The notes under the pieces were generated by a model. It searched no databases and had not been told where the DNA came from. It worked only from the letters and a program-made list of their open reading frames with translations. From the NCBI GenBank assembly GCA_977018835.1, contig OZ361256.1, positions 1,488,001 to 1,552,000 of the forward strand: DNA of 64,000 bases, given 5' to 3'. Below, piece after piece: positions 1 to 12,300 of the stretch; positions within the stretch are counted from its first letter, which is position 1, and every line of letters starts with the position of its first letter. The position numbers and the translations under genes are program-made. The stretch comes from Minutocellus sp. GHC0000111 (lineage: Eukaryota).

Positions 1-3000
1 CTCCGAGCGGCCCATCGCTCGACCGCCGACCCCTTCCGCTCCTCGGCCGTGGGTGCCACCAATAGCAGTGAAAGTGGTACCAGCACCAACCATGACCGTC
101 CGACCAGCTCGGGCAGCTCCTCCTCCGGCAGCATCGACGCAGGCGGTGGCGGTATGGGGATGGCAATGATGGAGATTGATACGCCCCTGGCGGTGGCCAA
201 TATGATGGCCAGCGGGGGACCCCCGCCGTTCACCCCCCGGTTGGCACGACGGTTGCTCACCGACGGATTGCTGCCGCTGGCCGGCGTCGGCGGTGGTATG
301 GGTGGTGGTAATGGTAGTGGTTGTGGTGGTATGGGTGGGAATGGCAATAATAACGAAGAGGAGGAGGAGCAGGAAGAGGATAACGACGATGTGGTCGGGG
401 AGCTCGTCCGCAGGTGCGTGGTGGAGTGCATACTGCCCTGCGCGGTGGTGGTCACGAGTGATCCGAATGCAACGTCTGCCGGTGCTGGAATGGGTGTTGG
501 CGTGGGCAACAACAACGTGAACATGGACGGGAGGAACTGCAACTCGGACATTGGCATCGACGTCCTGCTCCCCTCCTATCTGAATCGGTTGGTCGGCACG
601 GGCCATCGGCGGGCCCCCGCCATCCTCGACGCGCTGTGCGCCGTGCCCCGATCGGGATACAGGTTGCGTCCCCATAGGGCGGCCGCCGTGGCGGCGGCGC
701 TGGGAGAATTGTCCGATCTGTGTCCCACCGCCTTGACCGGATGCGTCGGCCCCGTGGCCGTGTCGGTACAAGAGGAGGGTGAGGAGGGGGATGACGCCAG
801 CGCTACGGGCAAGCCCAAGAAGACCAAGAAGGAGTCGAGCAAGAAGAATAACAAGGACTCGAACAGCAACAAGCAGAAGGATGGCGGAGGAAAGAACAAC
901 TCCAGCAACAAGAGCAAGGAGAATGACAATATCGACCGCATCACCAGCCTGACCGACGCCCTCCTGCGCTCCCTCCGGACGCTGACGACCGTCCACACCC
1001 AAGAGCTCGACTGCCTCCCACCCCTGGTGTACCAGCTGTGCCTCCTCCCCTCGAAGATTGAACGCGGATCCAGAGCCGCCGCCGGGGATGGCACGGGACG
1101 ATCGTCCTTTTTGGCGATGCCATCCAAGGCTGCTACCAGTGGTGGTAGTAGTGGTGGCGGCGGTGCTTCGACGGCAATGGTGGTGGCGGTATCGGACGTC
1201 ATCACGGTAGAGCTGCGCATCCGCATATTGGCCGGTATCGCCGACGTCTTTGATGGGCTGAGGGAGAAGGTCGACGTGGCAGCACGGGCTGCCGCCGAGG
1301 CATTGGCCAGCGCCGATTCGGCGGCTACTGCTGCTGCTGCCGCTGCAGGGCAGCAGCGTCGGGCGCTGGGCATTGACGCCGATGCCGTTCGGTGGGCGGT
1401 TGGAACATCGCTGAGTCATGTTGGTACGTACTGTTTGGTCCTTGATTCAGCCGACGACTTACAGTTATATCATTAATCTCTCATTCGTTTCATATTGGCA
1501 TTCCTCTCAACTCTCCAAACTCCGCGTTTATATCTTCCGCAATATGTTTGAACAGGAACTGGCCTCAGGGGAGATCCAGATTTGGTCAAGGCCGTTCTGC
1601 GACTCGTCAAGGGCGATATCCCCGCTTCCGTCCATGATATAGACTATTCATCTGCGCCCTTCCGCTACCTTCGGCTCACTCCCTTCCGCCTCTGTCTTGG
1701 TGTGACCGCGGCATCCGCCCTTCCTCGTACCCGAGCCACGGCACTGGAGGCCGTACGTGACCTCATCGTCGAGGAGCAAACCATCGCCACCAAGCGTTCG
1801 CAAAGCCCCTGGTTCAATGCCGTCGCCGGTGCATCCGTCCTACTTGCCGAGAAGGATCCCAACAATGAGCGTGTATCGGCCGAATTCCGTGATGGTTCTA
1901 CCCTGGGAAGTCTGGAGGGACGTGCCAAACGCAGTGACAAGGCTGGACGACACGTCTTTTCCTGTATCCAGTCCGTCGTTGGCTTTGCATCGTCCAAGGA
2001 TGGCATTGGTGCCGAGCTGACGGGGTTGATGCAAAGTCTTGTCAATTTGGGATTTCTCCTTGTGGACTGCGTAAAGAAGGACAGCCCAACCGTCACGTGC
2101 GTCGCCCCAACCTTTGGCGTTGCATCCTCGGTTATGAAGAAGCTATCCCGTGAAGGCAAGTGCCCGTTGGATGAGCTTCGCAATACCGGATCGAACGTAT
2201 CCTCCAAGGCCAATGAGGCTGCTGCCGATGTTGGACGGAGGATCCTTGCCTTCCTCTTTGTGACGGCTGGTTCCAAGGCCCATTCCGATACGATGTCGTC
2301 TCTCTCGTCCAACGCCGAAGTATCACCCCTTTGCAGATCCATCCTTCATACAGCCTCTGGCAAGTTTTGCGGCATGGCCCCCAATGCCGTTCAGCATTCC
2401 TTTCTGCTTCGAGATCTTGCTCTGGGAACCTTTGAGAGTCTCGGTGATGTTGCATCGTCGGCCATCACTGCTTTAGCTACCGATACGGCCCCGGATATTC
2501 TCTCCGCCAACTTCATTCCAACCATTATCAACTATCTATCCAACATTCCTGGTGGGGGGATGCCACCGGCTGTTGCCATCGCGTCTGTCGTCCCTGCGCT
2601 CAATGCAGTTCTGCATCATCAGTGCTGCCGACGTCGATACCGCGACGTTGAGGACAACGTCGACCATTGCTTTCTTTTGGGTAAGAAGGCCATCTTTTGC
2701 ACCGACCCCGAACGTCGAGCCGTAGCGGTCAACATTCTCTGTATGCTCATTGGCATCGTCGTTGTCTCCGGCAATACGCGAAGCTTCTCTCTGGGAAGCG
2801 GGGGGGCAACTTTGGACGAGATTCGGGGATATCTCCGCCGTTGCCTCACGCAGCACCAACCATCGGTAAGAATGGAAGTTTATTCTTCTCTGGTGGAGCT
2901 TCTGCCGTGTGGAGAAGATGCCAACGGTGAAGATTCGACCACTCCAAGTGCCTCGTTGGAAGGCGACACCACTCCGGTACCTATCGTCCGCAGGGGCAAG

Positions 3001-6000
3001 GCCAGAGTTGGCACCGCAATTTGTGATGTTGTTGCCGATATCCTTTCGTCGCAGTTGGAGCGATATGTCACCCCGGCGGAAGACAAGGCCGATAAGAAGG
3101 CTCGGAGGGATAGGGCGAAGAAGCACGGGTCGCAGCTTTCGCAGCCCATGTCTTCCGATGAAGATGAGAATGAGTCCGATGATGAGAAAGACGATGGGTC
3201 GACTTCTGATCCTCCCATTCGCTTCGAGTTGTGCCTGCAAGATGGAAAGCAGGCAGCAGTTGAACAGCCTCCAACCAAGAACGTCGCCAAGGGAAAGAAA
3301 GTTGACGGCAAGTCCAAGAAGGCACAGGGTCCAACTCTCATTGAAATTGCGAGAAATAAGATTGCCGAGCCCATCCCTTTTCTCTTGGCTTCGTGTTCCG
3401 AGGTGGTCGTTGTCCAAGCTGAGATGTCGAACTTCGATGCCGTGGCCGCCGATGAAGACCGGGTCAGCCCCAATGACGAGCTCAGCAAGGCCTTCGCTTC
3501 GCTGCGAAAGCGTGTGGCCAAATCGAAGCTTGATGACTACCTCGCGGCAGTCCAGAAGAAGCAGGCCGAGAACGACGATACCTCCGCCGAAGCCAAGAAG
3601 GAACGCACAGCGGGGCTTCTGGCAACATGCCTTCTCGTTGCCTCGGCGGCTGAAACGTTGATGGGAAGTGATGTGAAAGATGATACTTCCGGACGTGACC
3701 CTGGCGAAATCACCGAGCGACTCTTCCGCCTTCGGACCGACGCCGTGGACAAGGCAGCTACCATTCTCGCCACCCCGTCGGCCAAAGAGAAGAAGGCCCC
3801 AGCCGAGAAGGGCAAACCGACCAAGAAGAAGAAAAAGAAGATGAAAGCTGGAGAAGAGAACGACCATCCCAACCTCACCATCGATGATGATGTAGCAGCC
3901 CCCAAGGAGATCAAGAAGACTACTCTCGACAAGGCCCGCAAGGCCGTGGAGGACCAGATCAGTCAGATATGCCCCGCTAGCGACTACCAGTTTTTGGCCC
4001 ACTGCCTCCGCACTTACGGTGTGTCCGCTGAGGACGCCACTTCTCGTAGCCAGTTGACCTTCGGAGAAGACCAAAATCCGCAGACGCGCCTAACGGCAAA
4101 TATCCAGTTCCGTACCTTCATCCTCAACAAGTCCCTCCACCTCTTCGAACGCAGCGGCGTTGTCATCAAGGCCGGCCGTCGGTTTGATCCTGCTTCTATC
4201 GCTTGGAAGCACGAGGCAGACGACAATGTCCTTGCCCTCAAGACCGGCTTCATCGCCAGCTCCATGATGCTTGGATCACTTGCATTCTCCGAGTTTGCGT
4301 CCCACTGCTCGAAGATCAATCGAACTTCGATTGCTCAAGTAGACAAGGGCACCAACGATATCCCTCTCACCGAACTCTCGCTCGCTGTCGTTGTGAGGGC
4401 CATGCAGCGAATGACGGACGACCATCCAAATCACCAGATGAGCAAGGAGCGTCGCGCCTTCACACTTCTCATGACTATGTTCAACCGCACAGCGGCGGAT
4501 ATTCCCTCGACGAAGAAGACATTCCAGTTCTATGCCAAAGGCAAGGTGGCCCCGTCAAATCAACGCTCCATTTCCGCAGAATCTCTCGAGCTGCGGAATC
4601 ACTTGCTTGCTTTGGCTTCGCCTGTCCGTGAATATGAAGACAATGAGGGGCGCAAGATGAAACGAGGTGGGCTGCTCGCTGAGCTCCTTTCTCACTCAAT
4701 GGAGAACGAGGCTAGGGAATGTGTGAGACTCATAGCCTGCGCTGGTTCTGCTTGTAGCGACCCAAGTGTTCGTATGAGTATTGGTGCATCCATCCTTTCT
4801 TGCTGGGAGAAAAATGATGGCGCTTGGATCTCGCCGCTTGGCCTTGACCATCGCGACAGCATTGACATCGAAAGGCCTACTTTTGTCAGCCCGACGGTGG
4901 CGGTAGAGGCCTCAGTCCTCCTTGGAGGTCACCTCGATGGTGATACTCGAATGCCACTGCTTCCTTCAAAGGGTAGTGACAGTGATATCATCAAATCTAG
5001 GGCCACCTCCCTATTTCCCATCATGGCCTCTGATGATTGGCCGAAGCACCACCGCAAGGGCATCGAACAGCATCTCGACATCGACGACTGCGCCGTGGGC
5101 GTTGTGAAGAAACTCTCCATTGCGATGCTCGTTCGGTTGCAAATTTCCGCCTCCTTCAATGACGAGTTGGACGCGCCATCCAGAAAGCCTTGCAAGCTGT
5201 CAATCATTGATACTATCGCTGCGATCGAACCTCTCAAAGGTCTCACGAGACCAAGGGAACTTGGCTTTGTCGCATCGTCAGTCCAATCTGCTATTGACAT
5301 TGCCTTGACCGATGCCGACTACGTTTGTTTCAAGGTACTCCCTCATCTCAACGACCCCATGGTCACCGATCGGGCGATGGAGTATGTCGCAGGTCGACTT
5401 CTTGCCGTGGCGTGCACCGTCAGCAATGTCTCTGGAATCGCAGAGGACTGCGACGATAATGCTGCCTTTATGGCATCGCTTCTCAAGAGCACCAAGCGCG
5501 TTTACAGTACCTTCACGAAGCTTATACAGCTTCAGATGAAGAGTGATCTCACGAAACTTGCCTCGCCCCTTCAAAGCCTTTTGCTAGAGGAACTTTCCAC
5601 GACAATGACTCCGAGAACGATGTGCCTTCTCTTGGCAGCAACGGAACACGTCGAAGTTGGCGAACGAGCCGATGACGGCAAGCAGGCCAAGACCCTGACC
5701 GAGAAGCAGCTCAACGCCCAAGGAAAGGTTGCTTCCGAGGTTGTGTTCAACAAGGAGCGTCTCGATAGCTTCCTTTCTAAGGCCAGCAAGCAGCTCAAGA
5801 AGGCTGGCCTCGAAGACGAATCTGAGTGGTTGGAGGGCCACATCACCCGCTCCGACACGCGCTCGTTCAGGATCAGGACGAAAGAGATTGCAGCTGCCCA
5901 GGAGAGAGAAGCTCCCAGGAAGAAGGATAAGAAACGCAAGGCCAAGACCGAAGGCGGAACCAAAAAGAAGCCCAAGAAGAAAATCCATGCCAGTGAGGAT

Positions 6001-6156
6001 AAAGATGGCGAGGACGACCAGAGTATGGCCGACACCGCATCCGTAATGGACGCATCTATCGTAGGTGATGACGACGAAGTAATGGACGATTCGACGATGG
6101 GCGAAGAGGAACAGGATGATGACGATGATGACGATGAGGATGACGACGATGAGTAG
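1..6156 (+). CDS. FANCI: Fanconi anemia group I protein homolog, 5'-partial, one intron 1424-1555
   Basis: Frame is open from base 1. A GTACGT...AACAG intron joins ORFs 49..1476 and 1582..6156 in frame (HVG|TGLRGDPDLVKAVL). FANCI-like motifs: LPPLVYQL, LRRCLTQHQPSVRMEVY, SQxSQ cluster, TRSFRI before a basic/acidic tail. Confidence 0.75.
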
Positions 6157-6287
6157 AAGATCCATTGTTTGGTGCACTTTTGATCAGGCGCATTGTACGA
6201 TCGTATAGCAGATTTTCAATGGCGCGCATATGATCCCATAGCACGAATTGCCACATTACTAACAGTAGATCAAATTTGCATAGAAAT

Positions 6288-8453
6288 CTATTCTATTATA
6301 GCTTCGCCTTCCTTTTCTATAAGCTTCTCAGCCTGATTAGTCTCCAACAACAGCTTGGCCCAATGACGTTCACTGATAACACCCGCGCCGAGGCATTCCT
6401 CGTCGTCCATGTTGTAAAAGACGCAGTACTGACCGGGCGCAAGGCCCTTGTCTTTGGTGTCCAAGTGAACGTTGCCGCTACCACCGCCAGCGTCAGTCAT
6501 GTCAAGTGTTAGCGTGCCGTTGACCATGGTCGGTCCGTGCCGAATCTTCATCGTAAATCTACCATCCTTCCATTGCTTGTCGCCACCATCTCTCTGAACG
6601 AGCCGTTCAGGTGGAGATCCTGCAACCCACGTGATATCCTCTACGTAAAAGTCGGAGCGGGCTTCCTCAAACGCCTCTTGGTCGTACTCGTTGGAGGCAA
6701 TCACAATATTCTTCTCTTGATCCTTGGCAACGATATACCACGGACCCTTGGCCGTTTCCTTGGGGTTCAATACCTTATCGATGCCCTTCCTCTGACCGAC
6801 GGTATGATACCACAAACCGTTGTGCCGTCCAATGACACGTCCGGTGGTGGCATCGACAATATCGCCGGGATTGGTGCCCAGATAGGCGTTGATAAATTCG
6901 TCGAACTTGACCTTCCCAAGAAAACAGAGACCCTGCGAGTCCGGTCGATTTCGATTGGGCAGCTGAAATTGCTGGGCTAGATCACGTACCTCCGACTTGA
7001 GGAAGGACCCGATGGGAAACTCGACTCTGGATAGCTGCTCTTGCGTCAGAGCGCAGAGAAAATACGTCTGGTCTTTGACCGGATCGGGAGCTCGGAGGAG
7101 ATGCATTTGGCGTTGTCCACTTTCGTCCTCGTCGCCTTTCACCAGCTGTGCATAGTGTCCAGATGCAACGTAGTCAAATCCTCTTCCGCCAATGGCATCG
7201 TAAAAGCAACCAAACTTGACCCGAGAATTGCACATAATGTCTGGATTGGGTGTACGGCCCTTCCGTGCCTCGTCGACGGTGTAGAAAATGACTCGATCCT
7301 TGTATTGATTTTGGAGCGACACGGTCTCCAACGGCACGCCGGCCTGGTCACATACGGCCTGGCATACCGAGTAGTCGTCCTCCCAGGGACACTGGCCGAG
7401 ATGCGACAGTTCATCTTCCAACCATATCTTGAGGTAAAATGCCGTCACGTCGTATCCCTCCCGAACCAAGAGGTTGAGGGCCACGGAACTATCGACGCCA
7501 CCAGAGAGGAGCATGGCCACGGTGGGATGTCGCTTTTCACCGTTATTTGCTGGAGCATTGCTTGGTTCGGCTGTGGCAGGACTCTCGGCAGACAATCCCA
7601 AGCTTTGACGAATCTGATTCTGAACGACAGTCGTCATGCTGGCCAGCCCGTCATTCCGTCCCGTCGAAAGGACCGTGCGCAGACCCAGGAGATCGGCAAC
7701 TGTATCTGGGTCCAGATTGAGAATGTCTTGGGCGGTCACCCTTCCATCACCCGACAAGGCATCCGATAACAGGGCAAGGAGGCCACGGCTCAAGAGAGCA
7801 TCGGCATCGCCGTCGACGACGATTCGGTACTTGGATAGGTTTGTATTAGTGGCATCATCACTACTTTTCACGGCAGTATCGTCAAGAGGCAGCAACGACG
7901 TCTGAACGTGCACCGTGGCGACACACCCGGGAACTCGCTCGCGATCCGATAAAAGGGATGGCTCCAATGAAGAATTGGCATCGCCGTTGGCGGAAGCAGA
8001 GGAGGCAAATTGCTGACCACGTTCCACAATGGCCAGGTTGATCTTCTTGGTGGTGGCAGCATCGGTTGCTTCGTCACTACCAGAAGCGCCGCCCAGAATG
8101 GTCTGCCTCACTCGATCGAATGAGGTTTGGAGCGAATCGTTTGCTTCTGTTGGGATACTTATGTCAGGAGTCCGATCGACAAATAGTGGCGTTGTTGAAT
8201 CGTCGTCATCATCTGTATGACTGCTGGCAGCGCTCCACATTACATGTCTTTGCTTTGGAGGGCGATATTGATGGCCAGAGGATACAGCGGGGGAAACCAA
8301 TCGGGGAACAAACGCCAGAACATGCACATGCGACCAATTGCAGACGCACACGCCCATCAAGGTCAATAAGATGGCAAGGCCACCATTGTGGGGTGAAGAA
8401 AAGCCAGTACGACGACGACGCTGACGCATCAACTTGGTCCTGTCGTTCGCCAT
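6288..8453 (-). CDS. mnmA: SufE domain + tRNA U34 2-thiouridylase MnmA fusion, probably plastid-targeted
   Basis: MnmA motifs SGGVDS, NPDIMCN, SGHYA, KDQTYFL, DSQGLCF, TVGQRKG, PGQ. Upstream SufE motifs RVPGC, DADALLSRGLLALL, LGLxxxLSxGRxDG. Signal peptide ends VLA|FVP. Start is uncertain; ATG 8453 chosen. Confidence 0.9.
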   Translation of the reverse strand: MANDRTKLMRQRRRRTGFSSPHNGGLAILLTLMGVCVCNWSHVHVLAFVPRLVSPAVSSGHQYRPPKQRHVMWSAASSHTDDDDDSTTPLFVDRTPDISIPTEANDSLQTSFDRVRQTILGGASGSDEATDAATTKKINLAIVERGQQFASSASANGDANSSLEPSLLSDRERVPGCVATVHVQTSLLPLDDTAVKSSDDATNTNLSKYRIVVDGDADALLSRGLLALLSDALSGDGRVTAQDILNLDPDTVADLLGLRTVLSTGRNDGLASMTTVVQNQIRQSLGLSAESPATAEPSNAPANNGEKRHPTVAMLLSGGVDSSVALNLLVREGYDVTAFYLKIWLEDELSHLGQCPWEDDYSVCQAVCDQAGVPLETVSLQNQYKDRVIFYTVDEARKGRTPNPDIMCNSRVKFGCFYDAIGGRGFDYVASGHYAQLVKGDEDESGQRQMHLLRAPDPVKDQTYFLCALTQEQLSRVEFPIGSFLKSEVRDLAQQFQLPNRNRPDSQGLCFLGKVKFDEFINAYLGTNPGDIVDATTGRVIGRHNGLWYHTVGQRKGIDKVLNPKETAKGPWYIVAKDQEKNIVIASNEYDQEAFEEARSDFYVEDITWVAGSPPERLVQRDGGDKQWKDGRFTMKIRHGPTMVNGTLTLDMTDAGGGSGNVHLDTKDKGLAPGQYCVFYNMDDEECLGAGVISERHWAKLLLETNQAEKLIEKEGEAIIE

Positions 8454-9350
8454 GGTGGCAGGAGATTGTGTCCGCGCTGAAAGGGTAGAATTACGTATCA
8501 CAAAGGGTTCCAAGTGATCAGGCGCGTCGTCTCGACTACTGCCATCGTCCTCTTGGCTGCCAAGCCTTCGCCTCTGGCGGCTGCGAGACGGGCTGAGGCA
8601 CGCAGAAGACATCCCCATCATGGCCGGCCTTAAAAAAAATGGAGCGACGCGAGAAAATGAAGAAAAAAGGCATGCAATCGGCTGACGGCCAGACGATAAC
8701 AAATTTTTTCACGGGGAGTGTGCGGAAAGTCTGGTGTCGTTCAAGATTTCCATTTGATGTCATTCGGTGTCGAAATCTTCGCGTGGGCTGTTTTGCCGAC
8801 GGTCAATCCCATCACTTTTTGGACAGCCTCCGAGCCGGAGGGAGGTTGCTGGCGCGGCTGTGCATGCCTCTCCACCGCCCAAGAGAAGATACTGATACAA
8901 CACTCACTAATAGGTGTGATTGAACAGCGCGTTGTGCTGCACTGCACCGGATTTTCCCGGTATCTTTTGTCTATATTCGAAAAACCAGCACATCTCGTGT
9001 TCGGTAGAGCAGCAGCAGGGGCAGGAGCAGATCCGAGGTCACGACGAATCATCGAATCTTCCCCCGCCCCCACAGAGAGTGACCACTGCAAGAAGGCAGA
9101 CACACGATCCATTGAATTTACGTTTGCTTTTTTTAGAAATAAAAACGACAGAATGGAGGACCGCGCATTGCAGGGGAGAAGGCGGAGGCGGACCGCCGGC
9201 GGCAGGCCAAACAACTGCCGCGGCAGCAGCAGCGAAGGCGACGGCGGCGAATGTCCGATTTCGTCACATTCACAGGGAGGAGGAGGAATCTTGCCAAAAG
9301 CAGGAAGGCACCGCCGTCGGACTTTTGGGAGTGAAAAACGCCGGACCATA

Positions 9351-12300
9351 ATGATGAATTGCCTGGTGGTCATCACCTTGCTGCTGGCGGTGCTCGCGAA
9401 TGAGAGACTGATTGTGCAAGCGCAAGAGCAAGAGGTTCCTGCCGTCCCAGGTATCATTCCCGAAGAAGAAGCGGCGGCGGAGGTCAGCGGTAATGCCAAT
9501 CAGCAGTGCACGGTGCCCAAGCGGGTCGATCCGTCGGTATCGCCCTCGGTCGTGTCTTCCACTGCTACCGATGAGTCCGAACCCATCAAAACCTACCAGG
9601 TCGGAGTCCTGGCCATCCGCGGCTTCGACGCCGCCTACGCCGAATTCAACGCCACCTTCTCCACCTACCTCACGTTGACGGCCGGCCGGGCCTTTTCGCC
9701 CCCGATTGCCTTCCAGCTCCGTCCCCTCAACTTCATCAGCCTGTTCGGCGACGTCCAGATCCAACCTCTGCCGGCCGTCGACTTCATCTACGTCAACCCC
9801 TCCGCCTACGCGTGCATCGAGTCGGAATTCAGCGCCCACTCCCTCGTTTCCAAAATATCCCAGCGCAAGGTCGGCGGCAACACTTTCGACTTGACCAAAT
9901 TCGGCGGCGTCATCGCCGCCCGGTCCGACCGGACCGACATCCAAACCTTGCAGGACATTCGCGGCAAGGTCGTGGCCGCCGCCTCCATCTCCGGTCTGGG
10001 CAGCGGACAGATGCAGTTCCGCGAGCTGCAGCGCGCGGGCATGTCCTACATCAACGCCCCCCGCCAGCTGGTCTTCACGTCCAACCAGGGCAAGGTCGTC
10101 AACGGCGTGCTGGACGGCAAGTTCGACGTGGGGTTCATCCGCACCGATCAGATCGAGCGGACCAAGAACGCCAGCGGGGTGCTGGTCGATCCCGCCGACT
10201 TTCGCGTCCTCCAACCCCAGCCCGATCTGGCCATCGATGGGGTGCCCTTCCCGTTCGAGTCCAGCACCCCCCTCTATCCCGAGTGGAATTTGGCCAGCCT
10301 GGGCCATGTCAGCGACGAGGTCGCCAGCGAGGTGCAGAGTGCCATGAGGGCGCTGGCCGGCCATGCCGACGTCGGATATGCCATATTGGCATGCTACGAG
10401 GAGTGTGCCGGTGTCGGAGGAGAGCAACAGCAAGAGACCGACGGTGCCGGTGCCCGGTGTCGGAGTTGTCGACGGAACCGAGCTGGAGGGATGCAAGGCC
10501 GCCTTCCGGGCCGATGCCGACCTGACCGTCGGGGGACGGTGCGATACCACCGTCGAGGTGGCGCTGGCGGCCGCCGAGGCCAAGACCAACGGGAAGTACA
10601 CCGGGTAAGTTTTTGGGTGGGGAGGTGTTGTATTTTATGAGAGGGAGTTTTGCGTCTGTGGATATTGGCCCTATTCCTTTTCAACTTATCTCCCCCGTTT
10701 TATCGCGCCCATTCTGCATTCTCCCCTCCTCAATTCCCATAACAGCTGGCGGTCCACCCTGTCCTACATGGAGCTACGGAACATGCAGGTCGAGACCAAC
10801 TTCATCCGACGGAACGCCACCTCCGGTCTGCAGCAGTGCATCCGCTCGTCCAAGATCTACGATGCCATCGTTTGTCCTCCGGGACACTTTCGCCGCCGCG
10901 AGGAGGAGGTCCTGGCCGGGTGTGAGCTGGCCGGTCTGCCCTGCGATGAGGGATTTCAGTGCATCTGCCGCCCGTGCGTCAAGAGTTTCGACGTGGACGT
11001 GTTCCCGGTATTTGACGATGGATCGCTCTTCCGGGATGCCGACAGTACGGGGCAGACGACAACTGCGGCTTCGGCCGCGGTAGACGACGAAGAAAGTCCC
11101 GTGGGATGCCCCAAAATGGAGCTGTGCGGGTCGATTGAGCAGGGCAAGCCCATCCGCTTCCGTGCGATTGACAACAAAAAGAGGTCCGGCATTGATATGT
11201 CTGTCTTTGTCCACGCCGGCCAAAGCGAGACTAGAGAAATTCAAGCGACGCCCGTTCTTCCTGTTGGAAATGAGACAGAATCGTTCATGTACGACTTTGT
11301 TATCTCTGAACCACGCGTTGGCGTTGTTGTTCTTGAAATTCTTGCCGGTGGTGAGCAGATTCCCGAGTCACCTCTGCGTCTCGAGGTTACGCCCCGGAAT
11401 TGTGCCGCTGACAACGACGACCCTCTCAGCGTTGCTCAAGCTGATGGATCCTGTTCGTGTGCTGCAAACTCGGTAGATATTGGAGGTCAGTGTGTGTCTT
11501 ATGCGATCCTTCTGCCGGCAATAATCCTACCTCTGTTGGCCATTGCTGCGGTTGGCATCTTCTTCTACATCAAACAGAAGCACAAAGCGGCTGATTCGGT
11601 ATGGCACGTCAAGGAGAAGGAGTTGGAATTCGATGACCCTCCTCAAATTATTGGGCGTGGTACGTTCGGCTTGGTCCTTCTTGCCGAATACCGAGGAACA
11701 CAGGTGGCAGTAAAGAGAGTTATTCCCCCGAAGCAACGGAGGCCTACTGATAGTGGCCGGTCTAGTTCTTCATCGACAAACGGCACCTCTTCTCAGTCAA
11801 TCAATAAAAGATATTCCTTTCTTCCCAATGCATCGCGGTCTAGAGATTCCATTATTGCTCCAGGAACGACAAATCGTCTTGCGTCGTTGGAGGGTATTGC
11901 CGAAGGGGAAGACGAGAGCCATGCCGATTCAAGCCATGCGACTTCATCTGCTGGCAAGCGAAAGAAAATGAGACGACATAGCTCTGGGTTCTCTATTCCT
12001 TCTCGACGAGCCAGTGATATGTCCTTACTAAGTGATGACGAGGCAGACGATGCTAAGAAAAAGACCACTGGTTCAATGGAGATTCCATTTGGAAGAAGGA
12101 ACTCGGACAATGGCGGCATTACGGCGAGACGGAGAAGTTCTGGTGGTGGTGGTGTTGTGGCGGGGATGGCAAAGAGACGAAATTCGAATTTCGGCCGTAA
12201 AGGAAGTGACGAAATGGTCGATGACAAGCAAAGGAGGCGTTTGTCGGCATACAATGCTTTCGACATGACGGATGATCCCGAAGCTGGCAAATCCAGCGGT

